Shown here: positions 19,781 to 28,063 of the stretch, one piece after another
How the letters are laid out: each line of letters starts with the position of its first letter
How positions within the stretch are numbered: the stretch's first letter is position 1
From: a virus
Lineage: Duplodnaviria; Heunggongvirae; Uroviricota; Caudoviricetes
Reading direction: 5' to 3' (one strand)
IMG/VR virus record: IMGVR_UViG_3300012347_000377
Span: 224,674 to 288,673 of that record
DNA length: 64,000 nt
Translations under genes and position numbers: made by a program
Notes under the pieces: model-generated
Database searches by the model: none
What the model was told of the DNA's origin: nothing
Seen by the model: the letters and a program-made list of their open reading frames with translations, nothing else

Positions 19781-19867
19781 TTATTTAGATTGTATCTTCA
19801 ATCAAATTAAATAACGGAAAACTCTAATTTATATATTTATATCATATAAAGAAATATTCTTAGTATT

Positions 19868-21433
19868 ATGCCGTCATCATCAAAACAACAACAGAAATTT
19901 ATGGGTATGGTTCATGCACTTCAAAAAGGTGATATGAAACAATCTGATGCATCCCCTGAATTAAAGAAGGTAGCAAAGGATATGAATCCATCTGATGTTA
20001 AAGATTTTGCATCTACTAAACATAGTGGATTACCAAAAAGAGTAAAGCAAGAAATTGTAAAAAGATTAAAAGAATATGCAATGATGATTCCCAATCATCA
20101 AACACAACCATCTGCTCCCGCAGATTCTTTACGTTCCGATGATGAAATGGATGTAAATGAAAATTTCCCGGCAAATTGGTTAGTAGGTAGAGTTTCTGAT
20201 CAACATAGTAAGTTGGGAACAACTCCTAGAGAAGATTACGATGATACTAATTTTGATAAAGAGGATTCTGGACAAGAAGATTTAGAAAACGAAAATATGA
20301 ACGAAGCACCTGAAATTAAAACCATCACTAAAAAAGAATGGTCAAAGATTAAAAATTTCAATAAACACATCGGACAAGATGGAACTCATTATGTAATGGC
20401 TTATAATGATAAAATTGGAACACATTTAAATCCAGTAAAAATTGTAAAAGAATCTACATTAAACGAAGATAATTGGAAAGCTGAGAAGAATTCTATTTTC
20501 TTAAATGGTAGTAAAGTTGGTGATTATTCATATGATAGAGATTCTGATGCTTTTTGGATGGATAATATTAAAGGTTCAGGTCAAAAATCATTTGATACAA
20601 CTAAAGAAATGCTTCAATTTATACAAAAACATAAATCTGATTATCTAAAAGCTAGAAAGGCTTATATTGGTAAAGGATATATGAAAGAAACTACTAATCC
20701 GGCTGATATTATAAAAGATTTGGATAAAGTAAGACACGATTTGATTAAAAAGGTAGATGTATTAATTGCTAAAAAGAAAAAACTTTATTCTAATGTTGAT
20801 ATTGAATCACCAATGTCTGCAGATGAAAAACAATTAGATAAAGATATACAATCTATATTCTCACAAATACAACAACTAATTCAACAAAAAAGAAAAATAA
20901 AGACTGAATCATTAAACGATGAACTTTCTGGTAATGATTTGGAAATGGTTGTTGGTATAATTGATATTTTAAAACAAGTTAAAGATAAAGAAAATAGAAA
21001 AGAAATTGCTTTAAATATGATTAAGCAATTTAAAGAAGAGGATATTGATTTTGATTATTCTAAATTCTTATCACAATTAAAAGAGTATGGTTCTAATTTA
21101 ACCGATACTTTCTTATTACCACGTCATTCTGATAAATTACCTGGTACACCTGCAGATAAAAATGCAATTGATAATCCAGATTCCGAAAGTGGTAATTTAT
21201 ATGAAGTAGGATTGGGTGATTGGCATTTCAAAGCAATTCAAAAATTATATCAAAAAGCAGGTTCATTTGGTAGAAAGAAAATAGCAGCAGTAATTACTAA
21301 AAATCCAAATTCGAATTGGAGTAAAATCGAAAGAGAATTACAAGATTCAGACTATTACGAAATTTCAGATTATAGTGATAAATTAGGATTGAGTGAAGTT
21401 GTTGAAAATTTGATTAAAAGAAAAAATAAGTAG
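19868..21433 (+). CDS. DUF3008-like N-terminal domain, multi-module putative head protein
   Basis: MPSSSKQQQKFMGMVHALQKG...VKDFASTKHSGLP; many xNE/xKE junctions. Confidence 0.55.
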   Translation: MPSSSKQQQKFMGMVHALQKGDMKQSDASPELKKVAKDMNPSDVKDFASTKHSGLPKRVKQEIVKRLKEYAMMIPNHQTQPSAPADSLRSDDEMDVNENFPANWLVGRVSDQHSKLGTTPREDYDDTNFDKEDSGQEDLENENMNEAPEIKTITKKEWSKIKNFNKHIGQDGTHYVMAYNDKIGTHLNPVKIVKESTLNEDNWKAEKNSIFLNGSKVGDYSYDRDSDAFWMDNIKGSGQKSFDTTKEMLQFIQKHKSDYLKARKAYIGKGYMKETTNPADIIKDLDKVRHDLIKKVDVLIAKKKKLYSNVDIESPMSADEKQLDKDIQSIFSQIQQLIQQKRKIKTESLNDELSGNDLEMVVGIIDILKQVKDKENRKEIALNMIKQFKEEDIDFDYSKFLSQLKEYGSNLTDTFLLPRHSDKLPGTPADKNAIDNPDSESGNLYEVGLGDWHFKAIQKLYQKAGSFGRKKIAAVITKNPNSNWSKIERELQDSDYYEISDYSDKLGLSEVVENLIKRKNK

Positions 21434-21458
21434 TTATATTAATAAAAAAGGTTACGAA

Positions 21459-22283
21459 ATGATTATTTCTTCAAAAATATACCCTACGGATACTAATGTA
21501 TTTATAACAATACAAAAAGTTGCATCCACCTTATTGGGTAGTTTATTTGATGACTCGGAAAAAACAGGTATGGGATTCGATTATTCTATCGATATTCAAA
21601 ACAAAAAAATAATTTGTGCAGAAAATGTAATTGGAACATTACAACAAAAAGTTTTAAATGAGTTTGATGCTATTTTTTCTAACACATCTGATAAAAATAT
21701 AATAATTCTTTATAGAAATCCCATAAATAGATTAAAATCATCCATAATTGAAGATTTTAATAGTATAATTACCAGCACAGATCATACTGATTTTACTCAA
21801 GATTTATTATTTAAATTATTTGATGCATCTCCTAGAGTACAAGAATTTATAAAAGTTAATGCAGATTCTTTTTATTTATCAGAATTTGATGAAACTGATG
21901 ATGAAATAATTAATTTTTTAAAAAAATCATTTTCTTTTTATATAGAATTTTTATCTAATTCAAATTTTAATAATGCCCACTCCAATGATTATTTGAAAAA
22001 TTTCTACAATCTAATTCATTCGAATATTTTTGATGAACGTAGGATAATTTTATGTGATATTGATTCCAAACTACTAACCCCATTATTGAATAAATTTTCA
22101 ATATTTCCTGATTATGAAAATCATACACATAGTAATGGTATATTTTTACCAATTATAGATCAAATACTATCAGATATAACTAATACTAATATTTATTCAA
22201 AATATACTGAAAAAATACAATCAGAATATGAATATTATGAGTTATTAAAAAAACATACAAATAATTTTAAAATAGAAAAATAA
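21459..22283 (+). CDS. Sulfotransferase (Sulfotransfer_2-like)
   Basis: 5'-PSB-like ITIQKVASTLL and 3'-PB-like LYRNPINRLKSSI; adjacent to APS kinase. Confidence 0.55.
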   Translation: MIISSKIYPTDTNVFITIQKVASTLLGSLFDDSEKTGMGFDYSIDIQNKKIICAENVIGTLQQKVLNEFDAIFSNTSDKNIIILYRNPINRLKSSIIEDFNSIITSTDHTDFTQDLLFKLFDASPRVQEFIKVNADSFYLSEFDETDDEIINFLKKSFSFYIEFLSNSNFNNAHSNDYLKNFYNLIHSNIFDERRIILCDIDSKLLTPLLNKFSIFPDYENHTHSNGIFLPIIDQILSDITNTNIYSKYTEKIQSEYEYYELLKKHTNNFKIEK

Positions 22284-22284
22284 T

Positions 22285-22755
22285 ATGGTATATTGGTTTA
22301 CGGGTCAACCTGGTGCCGGTAAAACGGTTTTAGGTAAAAAGTTACATAAGTTTTTAGAAACAGAAAAACGCAATTGGCGTAAAAACGTATTTCACTTAGA
22401 TGGTGATAATCTTAGAGATATTACTAATAACAAAGATTATTCCGAAGAAGGTAGAAAGAACAACATCAGAACTGCACAGACAATAGTCGAATATCTACAC
22501 TTAAATAGATGCGATGTTGTCGTTTCATTAGTTGCACCATTCATAGAATTAAGAGAAGAGTTGAAAGACAAAATAGGACCTGATATGGTTGAAATTTTCG
22601 TGCATACAACCGAACCAAGAGAACGTGATCATTTTCATGTTAAAGATTACGAACCACCTCAAGTAAATTTTATCGATATAAACACTACAAAGGATTCGCC
22701 TGATATTTCATTTTCAAAATTAATCAATCATTTGAACAAATTAAAGAAATTGTAA
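22285..22755 (+). CDS. cysC: Adenylylsulfate (APS) kinase
   Basis: WFTGQPGAGKT; LDGDNLR; DYSEEGRKNNI; VSLVAPF; YEPP. Confidence 0.88.
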   Translation: MVYWFTGQPGAGKTVLGKKLHKFLETEKRNWRKNVFHLDGDNLRDITNNKDYSEEGRKNNIRTAQTIVEYLHLNRCDVVVSLVAPFIELREELKDKIGPDMVEIFVHTTEPRERDHFHVKDYEPPQVNFIDINTTKDSPDISFSKLINHLNKLKKL

Positions 22756-23543
22756 TGAATGAAATTATCTGTATAGGAACATCATTTACCGAAGGTGGTG
22801 GGTTATATGATACTGAAGTTAAGGAATATTATAAAAAACTTAACATCATATATGATAAACAATCTGAAGTGGCGTGGCCATCTCATTTAGGTAAGTTATT
22901 AAACATCCCAACAAGAAATTTGGGTAAATGTGGAAGTGGTATTGATTACTTAATCAGAAATGTAGAAGAAATCATAGAACACGAAGATGTATCCGATAAA
23001 TTATTTATTTTGGAATACTCTGGTTGGGGTAGAACTGAACTATGGGATAGTAATCGTAATAAATACATTATTACTAATTGGGGCCCACGCGATGGTAATG
23101 ACCCTAAAAACGAAGGTTATGCAGTGATGATGACTACTGATTATACCTATGGTGAACAATTGGAACATAGCAAATTTAAATTATGGGAATCGTTTTTAGA
23201 TTCACATTTCAATGAAGCAGATTATTTAATCAGTAGAGATAAACAATTCATAAATTTATTATATAAACTACAACACAAGCAAATTAAATTTTTAGTAATA
23301 TATCTTGAAAGTTGTTTTTGGGAAGGATTATATGATGAATCTGTAATAATTGAAAATTCTTTATTTATGACAAAAGATAATACTAAAGTATCGCATTCAG
23401 TTCCGTTTGGATTATCGTATTTAGTATCAAATAATGGTAATCGTATATCTGATATGTTACCTGAAATAAATGATACACATCCTAATATAGAAGGTCATAT
23501 TAGTATTGCAAATGAAATATACACTAAATTAAAAAAAATATAA
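22755..23543 (+). CDS. SGNH/GDSL-fold protein (paralog 3)
   Basis: IGTSFTEGGG; NLGKCGSG; DTHPNIEGH. Confidence 0.72.
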   Translation: MNEIICIGTSFTEGGGLYDTEVKEYYKKLNIIYDKQSEVAWPSHLGKLLNIPTRNLGKCGSGIDYLIRNVEEIIEHEDVSDKLFILEYSGWGRTELWDSNRNKYIITNWGPRDGNDPKNEGYAVMMTTDYTYGEQLEHSKFKLWESFLDSHFNEADYLISRDKQFINLLYKLQHKQIKFLVIYLESCFWEGLYDESVIIENSLFMTKDNTKVSHSVPFGLSYLVSNNGNRISDMLPEINDTHPNIEGHISIANEIYTKLKKI

Positions 23544-23923
23544 TGAACAAAAAATACGCACTTTACATCGGTAGATGGCAAAATTGGCATTCAGGTCATC
23601 AATGGTTAATAGACCAACAATTTCAAAAAGGTAATAACGTTTGGATTGCTATTAGAGATGTTGATAGAGATGATAATAATCCTAAAACTGCAAAAGAGAT
23701 ATTGGATAATCTGACAGAAGAATTAAAAGGTTATTTATCAACAGGTAGATTGTACATTTCAATTATTCCAGATATTGAATCGGTAAATTATGGTAGAGGT
23801 GTAGGTTATGATGTAATCTACCACGAACCACCAACTGATATTGCATCAATTAGTGGAACTGCGATTCGTACGGGACATATGAAAGCAGATGGAACTCTTA
23901 CTTATGATGAAAATAAAGGATAA
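23543..23923 (+). CDS. HIGH-superfamily nucleotidyltransferase (cytidyltransferase-like)
   Basis: IGRWQNWHSGH (HxGH) and ISGTAIR. Confidence 0.8.
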   Translation: MNKKYALYIGRWQNWHSGHQWLIDQQFQKGNNVWIAIRDVDRDDNNPKTAKEILDNLTEELKGYLSTGRLYISIIPDIESVNYGRGVGYDVIYHEPPTDIASISGTAIRTGHMKADGTLTYDENKG

Positions 23924-24144
23924 TGTTAGTAGAGAAAAAACGGCACATTGCTAAAACCATCTCATATCGTGTTTTAAGCACGCTTGTAGGGTTTCTTTTA
24001 ATGTGGTGGATAAGTGGTTCAATTAAAGTTGGAACTGCATTTGGTATTGCAGAATTAGTATATAAACCGATTCAATATTATCTCCACGAACGTTTATGGT
24101 ATAAGTGGATTAAATTCGGATTGAAGAAAGATGACAAAAATTAA
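23923..24144 (+). CDS. DUF2061-like small membrane protein
   Basis: RHIAKTISYR...YYLHERLW. Confidence 0.75.
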   Translation: MLVEKKRHIAKTISYRVLSTLVGFLLMWWISGSIKVGTAFGIAELVYKPIQYYLHERLWYKWIKFGLKKDDKN

Positions 24145-25009
24145 ATATATAAATTGTTTCGGAACATCTAATACTGCAGGTGGTGGGTTTGAATTTGATT
24201 CACCAACTCAAGGTTGGTTCATCAATAGCTTATATGGGCACATACCAAACGAAGAAAAAACAATTTTCAATTTTTCTTACCCAGGTCAATTACAAAAGTT
24301 AGTTTCCAAAAATATAAAGGTTAATAACTATGGTAAACAGGGGTGTGGCAATGAACGTGTAGTTCGAAAATCATATGAAATCATCGATGGCTGGGGATTT
24401 AATAAAGATGAACATATTTTTATATTTGAAATTACTGGTTTAGGTAGGAGAGAATTTTTCTTTAATAAACTCAATGAACATATAATATGTAATTATCAAA
24501 TTGATGAAAATAATAAAGCAGTTTTCACAGCAACTGCAAATCATTATAACTATGATTCAGATGAAACTATTAAATTATTAGAATCATATGACCCGTTTTT
24601 CAAAACTTATTTAACTGATTTTTTTGATATTAAAAATGAAGTTGATGAACATAGAAGAACGATAGATTTTTTTCTAGCATATTTAGATTCTAAAAATATA
24701 AATTATTATTTTACTATGACTCCTACAACACATGAATATCGAAAATCATGTGAATTTTTATTTGGAGATGGTAAGTATTTTCAGCAAACAAATGATATGA
24801 TGGATTTTTCATTCTTTAATAAATTAACAATTAAAGATGAAACCAATAAACAATCGAATGATATGCATATTGGGTTGAAGGGAAATAAAATAATTGCAAA
24901 TGTAATTTATAATAAACTTGTAACCGATGGTTTATTAAATACTCCAATTAAGGAAATTGATTGGGAGACATACAAAAACACAAAATATATTATACCAAAA
25001 GTTATATAA
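24131..25009 (+). CDS. SGNH/GDSL-fold protein (paralog 4)
   Basis: FGTSNTAGGG; NYGKQGCGN; DMHIGLKGN. Confidence 0.7.
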   Translation: MTKIKYINCFGTSNTAGGGFEFDSPTQGWFINSLYGHIPNEEKTIFNFSYPGQLQKLVSKNIKVNNYGKQGCGNERVVRKSYEIIDGWGFNKDEHIFIFEITGLGRREFFFNKLNEHIICNYQIDENNKAVFTATANHYNYDSDETIKLLESYDPFFKTYLTDFFDIKNEVDEHRRTIDFFLAYLDSKNINYYFTMTPTTHEYRKSCEFLFGDGKYFQQTNDMMDFSFFNKLTIKDETNKQSNDMHIGLKGNKIIANVIYNKLVTDGLLNTPIKEIDWETYKNTKYIIPKVI

Positions 25010-25012
25010 GTT

Positions 25013-26050
25013 ATGGAATTGATAAAACCAAATGTCCGAAACGAGTGGGGACAATTAAGAGAGATTATTGTTGGAACTGCAGAATACGCACAAGTTCCAA
25101 CCAAAGGAGATAAATGTTTACATTCAATTGATTATGCACACCTTTCGGATGAAGAGTTTGCAAATAGACCAAGTGGATTATATCCTCAAAAGTTAATTGA
25201 TGAAACAAGAGAAGATTTAGATGGTATTGCAGATACACTTCGTTCATTGGGAGTGAAAGTTCATAGACCAGAGGTTAGGGATTTCTCACAACCTATTATA
25301 ACTGAAAATTGGGAAGTAGATGGTTATTACAATTATTGTCCAAGAGATTCAATGTTTGTGGTAAATGATAAGGTAATCGCAACACCTATGACATTACGTC
25401 ATCGTTCAAACGAAGCAGAAACTTGCAAACCATTATTTGATCAAAATCATTGGGTAGATGCACCGAAACCAAAATTGTTAGATTCTATATATCAGAGAGA
25501 AGACCTTTCACGTCCAACTCTTTTAGATGGAGAACCAGTATTCGATGCAGCTAATGTAATTAAACATAATAACGATATTCTTTATTTAGTTTCCAATACA
25601 GGTAATAAAGATGGTGCTAAATGGTTAGAAACTTATTGTAAAGAAACATTTGGTAATGAATACAACGTTCATTTAGCAGAAAATGTTTATGCATATATTC
25701 ACATCGATACTACTTTTGTATTTTTAGGTGAAGGTAAAGTTCTATTGAATCCATCTCGAGTTAGATGGCAAAACCTACCTGAATTCTTAAAAGATTTTGA
25801 TAAGATTTGGGCACCAGAACCATATCCAACACAAGTATTAAATGATTGGTGTCCTGCATCACCCTGGTTAGGTATGAATATTTTACCAATTAATGATAAA
25901 TTATGTATGGTAGAAGAACATCAAACTTTACTAATGATGGAATTGAAAAAGTGGGGTATTGAATCTATACCAACAAAGATGAGACATGCACGAACATTTA
26001 GTGGTGGTCCTCATTGTGTCACGTTGGATGTAGTTAGAGATGAAAAATAA
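25013..26050 (+). CDS. Amidinotransferase (glycine/inosamine-phosphate amidinotransferase family)
   Basis: NEWGQLREIIVG; YCPRD; FDAAN; HIDTT; GGPHCVTLD. Confidence 0.9.
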   Translation: MELIKPNVRNEWGQLREIIVGTAEYAQVPTKGDKCLHSIDYAHLSDEEFANRPSGLYPQKLIDETREDLDGIADTLRSLGVKVHRPEVRDFSQPIITENWEVDGYYNYCPRDSMFVVNDKVIATPMTLRHRSNEAETCKPLFDQNHWVDAPKPKLLDSIYQREDLSRPTLLDGEPVFDAANVIKHNNDILYLVSNTGNKDGAKWLETYCKETFGNEYNVHLAENVYAYIHIDTTFVFLGEGKVLLNPSRVRWQNLPEFLKDFDKIWAPEPYPTQVLNDWCPASPWLGMNILPINDKLCMVEEHQTLLMMELKKWGIESIPTKMRHARTFSGGPHCVTLDVVRDEK

Positions 26051-26105
26051 CGGAAACTCTATCAAAAAATTATAATACACTATACTTATATTAAATAACA
26101 TTAGT

Positions 26106-26672
26106 ATGGAAAATAATAAACACGATAAAATATTCCCAAATTACGATCCAACATCCGATTTATCTCAAGCAAGTAAATCACGAAGATTGAAACGTGGATT
26201 GGGTGCACAACCTCTGTTAGAATCAGAAATCAAAGCAGTTCAACAAAAGGCTCGTTCCGCAATGGAAGCAGCACGTATCTTAGGAGTGTCATTCAACACA
26301 TATAAAAAATACGCACGAAAATATGGTATATTCGATGATTTAAAAAATCCCGATGGTATTGGTATTCGTAAAGGATATAATATTAAAAGAGGTAAATTTT
26401 CATTAGATGATATTCTAAAAGGAAAATATCCAGAATATCCCGTATGGAAATTAAAACAAAGATTATTACTTAATGGTTATATGTTAGAAAAATGTAATAA
26501 TTGTGGATTTGAAGAACGCAGAATTACTGACAATAAAGTTCCATTAGTATTAGATTTTTTAGATGGGAATAAGACAAATCATTTATATGATAATTTGAGA
26601 ATGTTATGTTTCAATTGTTCATTCTTAGTAAATGGAAATCTAACCGGTCCTAAAGCAGAATATAATTACTAA
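26106..26672 (+). CDS. HTH + Zn-binding HNH-like protein, catalytic His apparently substituted
   Basis: SAMEAARILGVSFNTYKKY; CNNC...LVLDFLDGNKTNHLYDNLRMLCFNC. Confidence 0.65.
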   Translation: MENNKHDKIFPNYDPTSDLSQASKSRRLKRGLGAQPLLESEIKAVQQKARSAMEAARILGVSFNTYKKYARKYGIFDDLKNPDGIGIRKGYNIKRGKFSLDDILKGKYPEYPVWKLKQRLLLNGYMLEKCNNCGFEERRITDNKVPLVLDFLDGNKTNHLYDNLRMLCFNCSFLVNGNLTGPKAEYNY

Positions 26673-26676
26673 AATA

Positions 26677-26708
26677 TTTGGAAATACCAAAAAGTTTTCG
26701 TATCTTTG
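26677..26708 (+). promoter_or_regulatory. Bacteroidota primary-sigma promoter
   Basis: TTTG-N20-TATCTTTG. Confidence 0.8.
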
Positions 26709-26728
26709 TATAAATTAAATAAGAAACT

Positions 26729-27043
26729 ATGAGTTATATTATCGGAAAGACATGCGATGGAGTATGTGATACTGCATGTGTCACTGTCTGTCCAGTAGAT
26801 GTCATCAATGGCCCTATACACATCGATGGTGTGGGTAAAGAGGTACATGGTATGAGTGATGAGGAAAAGAAAGGATTGCAACTTTACATAAACCCAGAGG
26901 AATGTATTTTATGTGGTGCCTGTATTCCTGAATGTCCGGTTGATGCAATATTCGAAACTGAAGAAGAAGCAATTGCAGCAGAAGGAAATGATGAATCCGT
27001 TCGTAAAAATTACGCATTCTATGGTATGGAATGGAAAGGGTAA
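26729..27043 (+). CDS. Ferredoxin (4Fe-4S dicluster type)
   Basis: CDGVCDTACVTVCP and CILCGACIPECP. Confidence 0.9.
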   Translation: MSYIIGKTCDGVCDTACVTVCPVDVINGPIHIDGVGKEVHGMSDEEKKGLQLYINPEECILCGACIPECPVDAIFETEEEAIAAEGNDESVRKNYAFYGMEWKG

Positions 27044-27060
27044 AAAAATAATAAAAAAAG

Positions 27061-27092
27061 TTTGGTAAATTCAAATTTTTTTAGTATCTTTG
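27061..27092 (+). promoter_or_regulatory. Bacteroidota primary-sigma promoter
   Basis: TTTG-N20-TATCTTTG. Confidence 0.8.
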
Positions 27093-27135
27093 TAAAATAA
27101 ATAAATATATAATAATATAATCTAAAAAACAAGTT

Positions 27136-27348
27136 ATGAACAAGTATTTTGAAGTAATCGTTGAAGTGGTAGTTGCAACACAAAAAAATGGCAAAGACAA
27201 GAAAGCAAAAGAAATCTATTTAGTAGATGCACAATCTGTGACTGAAGCAGAAGCAAGAGTAGTAAAAGATTTTGAAGAGGCTGGAGTTCAAATTGATTAC
27301 AAAGTTAGTGGAGCAAAGGAATCCCGCGTAATTAGGGTAATTGAATAA
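27136..27348 (+). CDS. DUF4494-like protein (single domain)
   Basis: NGKDKKAKEIYLVDAQSVTEAEARV. Confidence 0.7.
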   Translation: MNKYFEVIVEVVVATQKNGKDKKAKEIYLVDAQSVTEAEARVVKDFEEAGVQIDYKVSGAKESRVIRVIE

Positions 27349-27349
27349 A

Positions 27350-27616
27350 ATGGCAAAGACCGTTCAAATTAAAGAAGAAGAAATAAAAACTAAAGTTGCT
27401 AAGAGAATGCCACCGGGTGACCGATGGCAACCTCTTGACAACCCAAACGTTTTATTAGAATCCCTCACCGAAGTATTAGAATATGTTTATCAGAAAAATG
27501 GTAAAACACAATTCTTTATGGATGCTAGAGAAGGTTTTGTTTATATCGTAGATACTGAAGAAGTAATGATAGAACCAGAACCGGAGAAGAAGTGGAGTCT
27601 ATATGGAGAAGATTAA
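27350..27616 (+). CDS. Hypothetical protein
   Basis: ORF; RMPPGDRW. Confidence 0.45.
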   Translation: MAKTVQIKEEEIKTKVAKRMPPGDRWQPLDNPNVLLESLTEVLEYVYQKNGKTQFFMDAREGFVYIVDTEEVMIEPEPEKKWSLYGED

Positions 27617-27781
27617 AAAAATAGCATATTCTATATTATTCATATATGCTATGAATTTTCCTGCGTCAAGATTAATAATTGACATGAAAACATTAAATGA
27701 TCCAGATGATTCTGATGACATTCATCTTTTTATCTAATCAAACAATACTTATATTTATATTAAATTAAAACACACACAATT

Positions 27782-28042
27782 ATGGGATTATTTACATTTA
27801 TTAAAAATCTTTTTGTAAAAGCAGAACAGATTGAAGAAGCAGTAGAAACTTTTGTAGAACAAGTAGAAGAAATTGTACCTGAAACTAAAAAAATGACTAA
27901 AAAAGCTAAAGATGGTATTACTAAAGCAAAAACCGCTACTAAAAAAGCAAAAGAAGTTGTTATTGAAAACGAAGTTGCAATCAATGCAGTAGAAGCAGTT
28001 GCAAAGACAGTAAAGACAAAAAGAGCATCTGCAAAAAAATAA
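27782..28042 (+). CDS. Small Lys/Ala-rich protein
   Basis: KKAK/TKKA-rich C-terminal half; late motif at 27752. Confidence 0.45.
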   Translation: MGLFTFIKNLFVKAEQIEEAVETFVEQVEEIVPETKKMTKKAKDGITKAKTATKKAKEVVIENEVAINAVEAVAKTVKTKRASAKK

Positions 28043-28063
28043 TATCTTCACAATAGGAGTATA

